Made by a program: the position numbers and the translations under genes. DNA of 63,932 nucleotides, counting the filler, from Neolecta irregularis DAH-3 (lineage: Eukaryota): the NCBI GenBank assembly GCA_001929475.1. It is 11 parts of 11 records of this genome, joined end to end, with 100 filler letters (N's around TTAATTAATTAA, not from the genome) between each part and the next. Parts side by side here need not be neighbours in the genome. Positions count along the whole stretch, not along the records: positions 20,923 to 27,038 come from LXFE01000385.1; positions 27,139 to 28,640 come from LXFE01003530.1; positions 28,741 to 31,026 come from LXFE01003534.1; positions 31,127 to 33,068 come from LXFE01003538.1; positions 33,169 to 45,920 come from LXFE01003554.1; 6 more parts are not named here. The stretch is one strand, 5' to 3'. A model generated the notes under the pieces. That model was not told the DNA's origin, searched no databases, and was given only the letters and a program-made list of their open reading frames with translations. Positions 26,044-38,368 of the stretch are shown piece by piece. Positions within the stretch are counted from its first letter, which is position 1. The number at the start of each line of letters is the position of its first letter.

Positions 26044-26344
26044 TTGTGGAATAGAATTTTAGCATATATTCTTTAATCCAGAAAATACCTGCCAGAATCA
26101 CTCCATCCGCAGTAAACTGAATGTCCAGTTGGAGACATCCCGTCTGATTATTACTTATGATACTAATCTCTGGTTGCCTACATCTCTGGCTATGTTGCAT
26201 ACACAAAGTACGTCCAGATGAAGGCGTATATGGCGAGCCAGTCAGCTGTTCAAATTGAGAATGCAAATCGTCAAGTTTTTGAGCTATGAGTTTTGTCTCG
26301 TGTTGAATATCCAAGTAAGAAGACGCAGAATCATTATTACTCAT
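26033..26344 (-). CDS. Hypothetical short ORF with an N-terminal coiled-coil-like segment
   Basis: YLDIQHETKLIAQKLDDLHSQFEQL; overlaps the start of the next ORF. Confidence 0.35.
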   Translation of the reverse strand: MSNNDSASSYLDIQHETKLIAQKLDDLHSQFEQLTGSPYTPSSGRTLCMQHSQRCRQPEISIISNNQTGCLQLDIQFTADGVILAGIFWIKEYMLKFYSTNAF

Positions 26345-26849
26345 CTTAATTAAAGATAAAATGTTGCTAGAAAAGTGAGGTTGCTCAAGGTGGTGGTGAT
26401 GTTATTCACTAGAAACGAGATCCACGAGTTGCAATTCCTATTAATATAATAATTGAAATAGATAGGTATTGATCTTGTCGGATAAACCTGTAAGGACACT
26501 GCCGGATACTATCCTTCACTGTGACCTTCCCCTTACCTGCAAGCCTTAGATCGAGACAGAGACTTACTGGCACTTGCTCAGTTGCTGGATCAGATAGTTA
26601 AGGGAGGTTGTGGAATGGATATATAAAGGGGTGGATTAGATAGTGAAAGAAGATTTCGTGAATCTTGTTTGTACTCCTCAAACACTTTCAGAACCATTGT
26701 TAGTAAGTTATGTTCGCTCCTTTACCATGCCCTGCCTAGAATGGCCATAGGAAGTAGATAATCTTGAATTAAATTTTGTCCAAATTAACCTTCCATATGA
26801 TCATGTTTGTTCGAAATTCCTATTTTCCAACTTGGCGATGAAACCTGTC

Positions 26850-26950
26850 CAGCGTTCCTAACCGACTGGACCAGACCGGCCAAGCCCTCGGTCTGTCCGT
26901 CTGGACCGCTGGATTCCTTGGTCTGGTCTGTCTAAACCGCCGTCTAGACC
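26850..26950 (+). mobile_element. hAT-like TIR end with subterminal GGTCT/AGACC motif array (relic)
   Basis: Starts CAGCGTTCCTAACCGACTGGACCAGACCGG; similar to the reverse complement of 48013-48075. Confidence 0.5.
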
Positions 26951-27266
26951 ATCCTATACATTCAGAAAAATATTTCTACCAGATATATGTTGCTTGGTTA
27001 CAATGGGAATTTTTGTATTAACAATGATGTATCTGTTGNNNNNNNNNNNNNNNNNNNNNNNNNNNNNNNNNNNNNNNNNNNNTTAATTAATTAANNNNNN
27101 NNNNNNNNNNNNNNNNNNNNNNNNNNNNNNNNNNNNNNGGTTGGTGGTGACTGTGGCGACCCGGGGATTCGCGATCGTATGGGGACGTTCGAAGTCCCCA
27201 CATTTGGTTGGCAATATATCAATTCTTCCTCCAAATCTCTAGATTCAGTACGCTACCGTTACTTAG

Positions 27267-27713
27267 ATGCGGATTCCAAAGAACATTGCCAACCTACTCT
27301 GGATAACGTTCATTCGCTATTCCAGCAAAAGATTTCACATAACTGCATATTCGTCCACAAATCCTTTAGAAACTTACAACGACATCGAAGAAATGGACGG
27401 GGCTCTCTACTTGGCTACAGAAAAAAGTCCGCCGCCAAGTTTTTCATTTTGCCGAGGAACATTATATTATGATGGGATACCGTTGATGCCCCATCCACTG
27501 GTCGATGATGTTGGAGGAATCACAGCATCGACTCAGGCTGAATTGGGCGCTCCTCACAAATGGATTTTACATCGGAATGGGGAAATTAATTTGTTTAAAG
27601 ATGATGGAACAATCTTGAAGCTTATTCTGTGCGGGAGGCTATGGGGATACTATACGTCAACAGAGCGTCCAGTGGGATGCGAGGATATGAAATTACTGGT
27701 TGTTAGAAGCTAA
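27267..27713 (+). CDS. Small beta-rich protein resembling the PhiA/cell-wall-protein pattern
   Basis: Intronless 148 aa: FHITAYSS..P, DGALYL, F..GTLY, W...NGEI, a central Cys and a C-terminal GC..MKLLV. Confidence 0.55.
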   Translation: MRIPKNIANLLWITFIRYSSKRFHITAYSSTNPLETYNDIEEMDGALYLATEKSPPPSFSFCRGTLYYDGIPLMPHPLVDDVGGITASTQAELGAPHKWILHRNGEINLFKDDGTILKLILCGRLWGYYTSTERPVGCEDMKLLVVRS

Positions 27714-27860
27714 TGCCTGGATATGTTCAAGTCCAAGTAATCGATTAGTGGAAATTATCAGTTGCACAAATAACAAGGCTTATCATACAAATGCCGTTTA
27801 TCATTTCCATTCTATCTGTCTGCTACTAATGGAGGAAAAATAACACCCATCGACGACCCC

Positions 27861-28325
27861 TTAATCGCTTGGATTGACCCTCAATGAGACAAACTGGCAA
27901 TCCGCCACATGACACTTACCAGTGTCGTTGAAGTGAATTCGTTTATTTTGAAGCAAAAAAGTCGTCGACTGCTTATATCTCAAAACATAGTGGTCGCCCT
28001 TCTGAGCTATGAGAAATTGATCTTGGGCAGGGGCGCCAGGGCCTGGTTGTTTGAAAAGAAGCTGGTACGACTCTACAGGATCTTTCTTCCAGTAAGCCTG
28101 TAAGCTGGGGTTGTTCGTGGTGCGAAGTACTCCGTCTGCAATAAGGAATTCGGCACGTCGACCTTCTTGACTGCCGAATATGTTTTGGCCAAGTGAAAAT
28201 GCCCCTCCTGTATCGGATTCTTCATAAAAACCACACGAAGATCCCGGCTGTCCCGAATTCTGAAGGAATAGCGTCTCAAGAGTAAAATTGTGAACCCCGG
28301 GAGCGACAATAGCGGATGCATCCAT
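27861..28325 (-). CDS. Small beta-rich protein with a similar C-terminal C..V.L.V signature, convergent with the previous gene
   Basis: Intronless 154 aa: FTLET, AEFLIADGVL, F.I...GDHYVL.Y and DCQFVSLRV. Confidence 0.6.
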   Translation of the reverse strand: MDASAIVAPGVHNFTLETLFLQNSGQPGSSCGFYEESDTGGAFSLGQNIFGSQEGRRAEFLIADGVLRTTNNPSLQAYWKKDPVESYQLLFKQPGPGAPAQDQFLIAQKGDHYVLRYKQSTTFLLQNKRIHFNDTGKCHVADCQFVSLRVNPSD

Positions 28326-29150
28326 GTTTGAAATTTGAATGTCTGGGGGTAGCGAGAATACGGCGACGAGAGCTGGCTTTAACAGTAAATCACTGCCGGC
28401 GGTTTCATGCTAATGACAGGCGACGGGAACACTTCTCTTCCAGTGACGTATCCTGGTAGATTCGCTGCTAATTTGGCTCGACGCCATACTTTACTGGAGG
28501 GCAATGACTCATTTAGCGTTATCATTAATCGATCCAATATGTTCAAGGTATCTTTAAAACAGTCCCACTCCCCAGATGTTTTTCTTTCAAACTGCATTTC
28601 ATAGCTCTAAGCGGCATTCTTATCTGTTTTTATAGGTTTGNNNNNNNNNNNNNNNNNNNNNNNNNNNNNNNNNNNNNNNNNNNNTTAATTAATTAANNNN
28701 NNNNNNNNNNNNNNNNNNNNNNNNNNNNNNNNNNNNNNNNAGGTACAAGCTAGCTTTTCCATCAACATTATCATCCAGTGGTACATGTATGTAGAAACAA
28801 GAATCACAAACTATATTTCATTCAGTTGAGGGAATCTTGTTCACTGACTTTTCCATCATCGTAAAGTAGCTGTAAATATTGTAAGAGACACAATGTCTAT
28901 TGAGGCATGTTTTTTGAAAAAGAAATTCTTTAATATCATTAATATTCACCGTTTCCTTTATTATATATATCTAAAGCTCTACAAACAGGCCTTTTTTAAC
29001 AGGTTTTCAACATTACGCCATATTAAAAAACTGAAACTTCATCAACAGAAAGAGAAATACACCTGTAGAAATACTGGTAGTGATACGCTTATTATTGAAG
29101 CTTGAAAAGCGAAATTCAAAAGAATATCCTCCAGTTCAAGTATTTTCACT

Positions 29151-31026
29151 TTACTCTCCATTGATTGTACCATTTTGTATATTAAGATATAGCAATTCCA
29201 AATTTTCTGCTGTGGACGGCTTGAAAAGATCAGAGAAGAACCCAAAATTTTCAGAATCGTCGCAATCGTCGAAATCGAGTAATTGGTTCTTGTTTTGCTC
29301 CTCATCATCGCGTTGTTCTGGGACCACAACCATACTCGGAGAACTACTCTCGATCATATTCGTCAACCAGTCAGCGNNNNNNNNNNGATTGGCTCTTGTT
29401 TTTCTCCTCATCATCACGTTGTTCTGGGACCACAACCATACTCGGAGAACTACTCTCGATCATATTCGTCAACCAGTCAGCGTCCCCAATGTCAAGGTCC
29501 TCAGAAAAACTTGCAAAGGCCGCTACTAGCTGTTCAGAATCTAATGACTGTCCGGGGTTGTCATTATCGACCGAAGTGATAGGATCGCGTATTTTCTCTT
29601 GTTGTGGTAAAGGGGAAGGGGAAGGAGAAGGAGTGAACAAGGAGCTGGGGGGTGTCCCTTCTGCTGACGCAGCAATGCCGACTGACTCGTTGCTGTTTTG
29701 TGTAAGAGGAGAGGACTGTGTGAATACAAGGGGATTATTGGCTGAAGGTTGATATATGTCCGCTGGAACTGCAACCACCGTCGCAGGATATGGAGCGAAT
29801 GGAACTTGGTAGTTGGATCCGAGTGCGGCAGTGTAACCTTGCTTTCCGTATTGAGCCAGCTCGTGTGATCTATTTGTCTTTTGAAAGGTGTGCAGGTCGG
29901 CATCGTAGGTGACGTTGACTTGATTTTTAGGGGCGTGTGTAATCATTTGTGAGTTTGGAGAGACGTTGGAATGATTTTGAGGGGCGTGTGGAATCATTTG
30001 TGAGTTTTGAGAGGCGTTTGATTGATTTTGAGGGGCGTGTGTAATCATTTGTGAGTTTTGAGAGACGTTTGATTGGTTTTGAGAGGCGTGTGGAATCATT
30101 TGTGAGTTTGGAGAGACGTTGGAATGATTTTGAGGGGCGTGTGGAATCATTTGTGAGTATGGAGAGACGTTAGATTGGTTTTGAGGGGCGTGTGGAACTC
30201 GTGAGTTTTGAGAGAAGTTGAATTGATTTTGAGTAGCATGCGGAATCATTTGTGGCGGAATCATTCGTGAGCTTGGAGAGCCGTTGAAATGATTTTGAGT
30301 GGCAGGCGGAATGACTCGTGAGGTTGAAGAGCCATTGAATTGATTTTGAGTGGCAGGCGGAATTACTCGTGAGGTTGAAGAACCATTGAATTGATTATGA
30401 GTGACAGGTGGAATTACTCGTGAGGTTGAAGAGCCGTTGAATTGATTTTGAGTGGCAGGCGGAATTGCTCGCGGGGTTGAAGAGTAGTTTGTAGGCCCAT
30501 CGAGTTTATGAGCTAGCGGAGCTTCTTGTCCTTGAGAAACAAAACCTGCTTTGCTATGACGTAGATATGGGTGGGTTGCGAAAGGCCATGCAGCAGTGAC
30601 ACGAGTTCTTGTAAGTCGAACGCGCTGATTAGTCTGTGGGACAACTTGTCGAACTGGTTGTTGAGAAACCATCCCATTGTTGAGGCACCCACTTGTATTG
30701 GCTTGTACTGAGTTTTGTTGTAACGAATTTTGGTGTAGTGCGTATGGTTGTACCAAATTTTGATATACAGCATCTGGTTGTAATGAATTTTGTTGCCCCA
30801 GGTTTTTATGTACTGGGTTTTGTTGTAATGAATTTTGTTGTACCAAGTTTTGATATACTGCGTTTTGTTGTGATGAATTTTGCTGAAATGAATATCGCTG
30901 TACCAAGTTTTGTTGCAATGGATTTTGTTGTATCAAGTCTTGCTGTACTGGATTTTGTTGTACAGAGTCCTGCTGTACATACTCCTGTTGTACAGAATCC
31001 TGCTGTACAGAATCCTGCTGTACAGA
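29151..31026 (-). CDS. Q/N-rich tandem-repeat protein, 5'-truncated
   Basis: The frame is open from the contig end (SVQQDSVQQD...) through 5-aa and 17-aa repeats to an acidic tail. A duplicated segment around the 10-N gap (29377-29386) interrupts the 3' end. Confidence 0.75.
29930..30485 (-). repeat. Coding minisatellite, 51-nt unit (17 aa), about 11 copies in two subtypes
   Basis: PPATQNQFNGSSTSRVI x4, then PHAPQNxSNVSxNSQMI-type x6-7. Confidence 0.9.
30700..31026 (-). repeat. Coding 15-nt (5-aa xxQQN/D) degenerate tandem repeat
   Basis: TGTACAGAATCCTGC units at the contig end grade into QQNSL/QQNPV/YQNLV. Confidence 0.85.
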
Positions 31027-31126
31027 NNNNNNNNNNNNNNNNNNNNNNNNNNNNNNNNNNNNNNNNNNNNTTAATTAATTAANNNNNNNNNNNNNNNNNN
31101 NNNNNNNNNNNNNNNNNNNNNNNNNN

Positions 31127-31752
31127 GAGACATGCTGAAGCAAAGGTATTGGGATCCTTGAGATTGATAGCAAGACCCATGACGTAGTGGCTGTGACCTT
31201 CAAAGGTCATTGTACATTTCCAATCAAGGTCCCAGTTCCATAGTTTGATAGTCATATCATCTGAGCCGGACAGGACAAAGGGAAGTGTTGGGTGAACGGC
31301 CACGCAGCGAATGTAGTCAGGATGAGCTTCGAATTGGGCGACTTTGTCATGGGTATTGTAATTGTAAACGCGGATATGGTAATCATCGCTCCCACTAACG
31401 AACCAGGATTTCCGAGCGATAAATTTCCCAGCGCGAACAGGCACATCTAGTGTTGATTAGCACTGAACGAAAATATATGAGTGGAAACTCGTGGACGAAA
31501 TTCCGGAGGATGGGATGCACCTGTAACTTCGAATTGCTTGACTAGAGCACTTGTTTCATAATTCCAAATATACACGTGGCCACTATACAGAGTAGCCAGT
31601 ATCCAAGGCTCTGTTGGATGGATGTCGATGGCTTTTACGCGGTCGGATCTTGCAAGGAGACACCTCTAGGGATAGTCAGCTCTGAATGAACGAGTGAGTC
31701 CAAGCCATGACGGCTAAGTTGAACTGAGAAATACCTTTATGCGCAGTGTCAT
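31127..31752 (-). CDS. SEC27: Coatomer beta' subunit, 5' part only
   Basis: [45 protein letters not shown] and FEGHSHYVM...[10 protein letters not shown]; two introns. Confidence 0.96.
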
Positions 31753-32133
31753 GAGGGGAAAATGGTGGTTATAGGAACAAGGCATTTCCTGCCCTGTTCT
31801 TTGCGGTTCACAGATTGCTATTTTTAGGGTGTTTTGGATACATGGACTGCAAGATATAACGAACAACTAGTGTTTGNNNNNNNNNNGAAATGGTGGTTAT
31901 AGGAGAAAGGCATTTCCTGCCCTGTTCTTTGCGGTTCGCAGATTGCTATTTTTAGGGTGTTTTGGATACATGGACTGCAAGATATAACGAACAACTAGTG
32001 TTTGCAGGTGCATATATGTATATTTAGACTGATCTGTCTCTGCGTAAGGTTACTCACTCTCTTTCATAAGTTTACTATACCAGAGTCAGTGCTCGGACCC
32101 GCAAAGTTGCCCGGCGCGCTCTCCACCACCGCG

Positions 32134-32808
32134 ATGCAGGCGTCTGCGCTCGAACGAAGTCGCGAACGAGTGCTTGCGCGACTGATTTCTCGGTTGGAAG
32201 AGCGGGTCATGGCAGATCCGCCGCCCTCGCAGTGGCAGGCGCGCAAACTCGCAGCGGTATTTCGCTGTTTTTGCCAGAATACGATTTGCTGATGCCTGTA
32301 GAACATCGACTATGCTCGCGCCCTGGTCTTTTCTGCAGCTGTAGAGCCGCAAGATGCCCGCAAACGCATCCGCGCCCTGGCGGAGCGCGTCTCGCTGCTC
32401 CAGCACGACGACGATGACTGTTCCACCGACGATGACGGCGAAATCCACAAACACGAAACCCGCAGCAGTCCTACGCGCACTCTCGCTTCTCCTCCGGCTG
32501 ATGTCTCGGCTCTTCTCGACCATCATCGTGCAGAACAGGCCAACCTCACAGACTCCCTCCTCCACATGTCCCAGCAGCTCAAGTCCAATACCGTCTCCTT
32601 CCAGTCCTCTCTCGAACGAGATGCGGAGCTCATCGACCAAGCTGCTCATGCCCTCGAGCGCAGCACTACCAACATGAAATCTGCAGGCAGGAAACTCGGC
32701 GCCTACTCCAAACAAGCCGGATTCAGTCGATGGATGACTTACGGTGCTTGGCTTGCAGGTGTTCTGGCTTTGATCATCATGCTAATCACCATGTGGTTGA
32801 TCAAATAA
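32134..32808 (+). CDS. USE1: ER Qc-SNARE Use1/Slt1, 2 exons (intron 32257-32301)
   Basis: LARLISRLE.../NIDYAR, SNARE helix HHRAEQANLTDSLLHMSQQLK...SLERD and a C-terminal TM anchor. Confidence 0.85.
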
Positions 32809-33168
32809 TATCTAAAGAACTGTCCGTGTTATTTTATTACTCTCGATTCCTCTACTTTAACTTATAATCCCAACCAAAACCTTCTCAATACAAATACAAG
32901 AAAAGCATGACGTATATACAATGAGCTTTAATTATTCTGCTTGTCGAGATCTAGGTGATGGTTCTTATGACGGTCAATGACAAATATGACATGGTATCAC
33001 CGGTTCTTTTTTCACTGGCGTAACTCCCTGCGGATATACATATTCGTCCGAGAGATATCAATTGATAANNNNNNNNNNNNNNNNNNNNNNNNNNNNNNNN
33101 NNNNNNNNNNNNTTAATTAATTAANNNNNNNNNNNNNNNNNNNNNNNNNNNNNNNNNNNNNNNNNNNN

Positions 33169-33346
33169 GATTGGAAATCTTTATTCTCGAATTGGCCACG
33201 GTCTTGCCTTTACTGCCGTTCTTCCTGCAGTTTTGGTTCTCGTTCCATCTGGTCTTGCAGCACAAGGCGGTCTTCTCTCTGGTCTTCATGAAGCTCAATC
33301 GATTGTCAAGAATAGTACGACTTTAACGGTGTCGGATTCCATTTTT
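33169..33346 (+). repeat. Near-identical copy of PRM10 exon 43967-44144 placed before a 10-N gap
   Basis: About 178-nt match with two synonymous differences. Confidence 0.9.
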
Positions 33347-33501
33347 NNNNNNNNNNTGGTGGCGGATTTGGTGGTGTGGCTGTGCGATTCCACAGGTGGG
33401 ACGATTCCACAGGTGGGACAGAGCAAATGTATATCTTGAAACCACCCACCTTAATTTTCACCCTTTAACTGCCAGTTCGAGAAAGTGCTCGTCGAGTGAA
33501 T

Positions 33502-35545
33502 ATGCATTTCGCAGAATCAGCCCCGACGATTCAAAAGACTGGAGATATCCCGAACCATTGTATTTCTCTATATGATATTTGCACATATTAAAGGAGTAGA
33601 TCCATTTCATAATAGTATCGGTCGAAAAATTGGCTCGTTTGAGATTCCCTCTTACACTTCCCCAATCTTTCAAGTTATACTCGTAATAATTCGAGGATTG
33701 TTGTGCAATGTTTTAATTCATAGGTTGGTTTTGTATGGTTCGCTAAATTTCGTCGGTCTGTGTTCACTCCGCAGCTTCCTTGGTCCAGGAATGTTCAATG
33801 CACTATCTGGGCTTGGAGGAGATATGCCATGAACGATTGATAAATCTAATCTTCAGGCGGTCAAATCAACGGGAAAGCAGCAGATAATGCCAACGTCGGT
33901 ATGCAATCAAGCCATTTAAATATCCTACTGTTATAGCCTTGTATACGACATTCGCAGTCACTGGATATTTTGGTGGGGTATAGCTGCCCAACGTCGACTT
34001 GTTGATATGAAGCAACTAGGCTATCTGTAATTATCTGGGCCCTCGAAAAACACTGGCGTTCGGCACAACAGGTTATTGTTTATATACCGCCTCATTTCTA
34101 GCTTATAACCACATGTATACTACCCTATCGGAAAGCCGCTGATCAGACAGTCAAAGTAATGTTTTCGTGATCGTCGCTGGGGCATTCTTGGGAGTCGCGG
34201 CTGGATGCTTGTGGAGCGCCCAAGGACTCGTTCTACTATCCTATCCCTCGGAGCAGAACAAGGGCAGATACATTGGTGTGGCTTTATTCTTGAATTAATG
34301 ACTAACGCTTAGGGTATTTTTGGTATCAGAAACCATTATGACGTCATTTGTTTACTATTGCAGGGCAATTTTCAATACTGGAGCTTTCATTGGCTCAGCC
34401 ATTCCTTTAGGGCAGAATTTCCATGCGAAGGAGATGAAAAAGGTTAATGACGGAAGTTACATTATTATTCTTGTTCTTATGACTCTTGGATTCGTTTTAG
34501 CTTTGTTTTTAGCTCCCCCCGAGAAAGTTATACGAAATGATGGCACGAGAGTTACGAAAGTCTACTTTCCAAGTGTTAGGTTTGGCTCTTAATAAATTCT
34601 TATTGATCACAGACATGAACTGATGGGACTTGTGAATACCATGCGCTACGAACCATTCATATTCAGCTTATTTCCGTTCTTTTGGGCGAGTAATTGGTTC
34701 TACACTTACCAATTCAACGATATGAATGCTTACTACTTCAACATTCGGACTCGAGCTCTCAACAATCTCATGTATGTTCGAATGATTTGACCTCTGACTC
34801 GAGAAGGTATTGGTTTATGCAAATATTTGGAGCACTCACTTTTGGATCATTTCTTGACGTTCAAAGTTTATCAAGAAGATCGAGAGGAGCTGCCGGATGG
34901 GTTATCTTGTTTGTCCTAGTCAATGTTATCTGGGGCGGTGGTGTTCCTTTTTTACAAACGACTGCCCGAAAAATGCCGAGCCCAAATATGGATTTATATG
35001 ATGATGGATATGCTGCGAAATTATGGTTATATATGGTATGAACTGAACAAGATCAATCTCAAACCAACCATTAGTTTTTCGGATTTCTAGACGCAATGTG
35101 GCAAACTTTTGCCTATTGGGTAAATCTTGCCCTGCTTCATTATGTCAATACTGGATAGATGATGGGAGCTCTCAGTAACAATCCACAGAAGCTAGCCTAC
35201 TATTCTGGTTTCTACAAAGGCCAAATGCTTTTCATTGTATTGACTAATTATTTAGGTATACAGTCTGCCGGTGCAGCGGTGGTTTGGAGACTTGATGGGA
35301 TCGGTGTATCATTCGCCGCTTTGTACTACAGCTCATGGGGACTGTGTGCCGGCTCTATGCTCCTCACGGCACTGGTCTTAGCTTTTAAGATCACGGAAAC
35401 AAATATAACCCAAGATGATTATCTGACAGAAGAAACAAACAATGCTCAGTCTTTGACAGTAGAATGTCCTCTTGGCACCGTTAAAGAACAATCCCCTCAG
35501 ACAAAGGTCATGGAGCAATTTGATCAGAATACGAAAGCTTTTTAG
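33502..35545 (+). CDS. UNC-93-like MFS transporter, many short exons
   Basis: VGFVCFLGPGMFNALSGLGGGG, LWSAQG...YPSEQNKGRYI, FWASNWFYTYQFN, FNIRTRALNN and GFYKGIQSAGAAV. The start is tentative. Confidence 0.9.
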
Positions 35546-35938
35546 AAAATATCTGTATTAATTGAAAGTTTTAACGGTGCTATAGCTATATCTAGAGCTA
35601 TTAGTTGGACGAAGATTATGGAATAACACCACATCTGTACCTCGCCTGCAGGTTAGGTTTCGAAACCTAATAAAATTTCTAAAAAATCGTTCCTCATACT
35701 GATTCTTTAAACATCATAGTAGCACGTGGTTGCCCGGTTACCACTCTTAAAGGCAATGTTAGATATCGGCTGACACTACCTGTGATTTGCTGATCTTTCA
35801 AAGAATCCGATACTTCACTTAAGTGCTTAAAGTAACAAATACATATAGGACTTGCAGAGTAATCCCACGCTATCAATTCGTATACCAGTATCAAAGAAGT
35901 GGTTTAGTCTATCCACCACGATCATAAATAGATGAAGC

Positions 35939-37496
35939 TCATGCAAATGTAACATAATTTCCCGGAAAAATTCCTGTGACTCCGTTCAACCTTCCTGTCC
36001 ACCATTCCTATCACATAAGCTTCAAAGTATCTTCATAACATTTACGTTGACGTCATTTGTCTTCTTTATCACTTCGATTTTATCTCCGGCCGAGAATGAG
36101 AGATCTCCAGAAGCCTGCACGTGAGAGGAATATTGAAATTACATACCTGTGCGACATAGTCGTAAAGAGCAGTAACATACTCTTTCGATCCCGAAAGTGG
36201 TTTCGGTTTAATTGGAGGAAGAGGAGGAATCTTTTTCCCATTCTCAACTGCGACTCCCGAGCTAGCGAACCTACCGCCGGTAGAATGAGCCCTACTAAGA
36301 CCTGATGGATTCTCGGAAGTCTCAGCGCTGTAAGGTGGAGGAACATCGAGAGATTGTGAGGTTTTCATTCCATAATTATCGCTGCTTGCTCGTTTCGCGT
36401 CGCGTGTGTTGAGACTCAACCCTTCAGGGGTTTTGCGGGTTTGGAGGGTGGACGCTTCGGTATTAGAATATAATGGAGAGAATAGTTGACAACCTGTACG
36501 CTGAATCCTGAATTTTGTTATAGCCAGAGCTTCAGCCCGCTCTTGAACATCTCCTCTCTTGCCCTCAAACGCTTTCTCGATGTCTGCTGACAGGTCGAAG
36601 TAACCGATATCGCAGTTCTTCATCTTTTCGTATAGAGTATAAAAAATGTTGAGTTGCATAAAGTAGAAACTCCGAAAGAGAGGTTTGATAAATTCTGACT
36701 CGAGCTTGAAAAGCAAAGGTAGCTCATTTTTAAGCGCCTCGTTATAATATTCGAACTCTTGGGTGGCCATGGAAAGATTATTTTCTGTTTCATACATTGA
36801 CTTTTCATCTTTCAGAGATTTTTCCTTCTTATCTTGCAGCTTCTTATGTGCACTCCTATGGCGATCATAATCCAATCGTTTCCGTTCCCGTTTCTCGGCA
36901 GTTTTGTGGATAACTTTCAGGATTGACAAAAGTTCTTCGGCAGGTTGGATGACCCTTGTATCAAGCATTTGAATTTCTGGCTCGAGCGTGTCCCGGATGT
37001 CCTTGACTACTGATTCATACTCTGCGCATGCGCGGATTCCTTCGGGGTTGCCCTCAGGTAAGGCGGTATCAGGGTTCGAAACCTGCCCGCTGATAGGCTG
37101 GTAGATTTCGGCAATGCCTTTGGAGAATTCGATTTGGAAAGTGAACATATCTATCATGTCAAGCCAGCTTTCTTGAAAATCATCGCAACACACCATTGAT
37201 AGCTTGAGCATATTTCTTCGAATCAACATGGAGCTTCTTGGTTTGAACGACGAGCTCGTTGAATCGTCGTTCGGCATCTACATATACTGGATCTTTGGTG
37301 TTGTCTCCCTAGAGAGTTACAACTGTCAATGATTTCTGTAGCGGTACCATATTGAAAGATCCCTTCATCTTCTGGGGTGCCTATATTATAATCAACTCTG
37401 TCCGCGGAACAATGTTGGTACCCGAACTATAGCTTTTTGAAACCCCTTCCTATGCTTTTAGCGATGCTTACAGGTGAATATTGCATACCAGCTCAT
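35939..37496 (-). CDS. RVS167: Amphiphysin BAR-SH3 protein Rvs167/Hob1, 8 exons
   Basis: MSWKGFQKAIVRAPQ...TKDPVYVDAERRF, SFYFMQLNIFYTLY and SH3 ALYDY...WWTGRLNGVTGIFPGNYV. Confidence 0.95.
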
Positions 37497-37642
37497 ATTG
37501 AGGTTTCCGTGTTGTGCAACTGCCTGGGGGTGGTAATCTTGTCGTTTCTAGGCAGGGCTACCACTTGTGATGATGACGGAAGTAGGGTGGGGGCGCGGCC
37601 GATTCGTCTAACGACGCAACACCGAATCCATCTCTATATCAA

Positions 37643-38368
37643 ATGGTAGCCAACAACTCGGAAGAATTACAAAGAGTATGGGGAATGGTAGAAGAGCTCT
37701 GCCAGCAGCTTTCTCTCAATAGAGAATACTCGGCACAGCTCGCTCGCCAGGCCAACAATTTAAAAGTAAGACAACCCCCGGATTTAAACGGGCCTGACTT
37801 GTATGTAGGCTCAAATTGGTAACGGCGTGGGACAAAGCCTAGTGTCTGCAGGTCTATCGCCTGGTTTGTTATTCTCGCGAGGAATCTATTGATCAACCTA
37901 GAGGCCTTTGAATCGGAAGTGGTGCAGAAGAATACACAGCTACTCGAAACTAACAAATCTCTACGCGAAGAAAATGAAGAATTGACGAAACTCATCGCAC
38001 ACTACGAAAGGGGCATGGAAAATGTTGTCGCAAAAATGAGAAATTACGCTGCAAGGCCATTCCGCAAAATGTATGTTGATGTCTAGCACGAACAAACCAC
38101 GAATTCAGTCAGGATTCATAAGGAATATTCTGCTCAACTCGAGAGAGAGCAAGCATGCAATGAACAATTACGAAAGCTCGCTCTAGACCGCGAAGAACAA
38201 CTAAAACGTGTATCTGCGCTCATTAGAGAAGCATACAAAGCTGAGACAGAGCTTGAACCTGACATTCTCTCTGAGACACTGAGTATCGAGAACCGAGGCT
38301 TGAAAGAAATGCTAGGTATTTTTGATGCAGAGGATGAGATTGAAAGTTGCCACAATGCTAGTTCATGA
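37643..38368 (+). CDS. Small coiled-coil protein, SIKE/Far3/Csc4-like STRIPAK subunit candidate, 4 exons
   Basis: ELQRVWGMVEELCQQLSLNR...LARQA, LREENEELTKLIAHYERGMENVVAKMRNYA and LSIENRGLKEML. Confidence 0.6.

Noticed and set aside
29930..30485. Regular repeats as a CRISPR-like array
   Set aside because: The units are contiguous, in frame and have no unique spacers; this is a coding minisatellite in a eukaryote.
32086..32715. 209-aa antisense ORF
   Set aside because: Shadow of the GC-rich USE1 coding strand.
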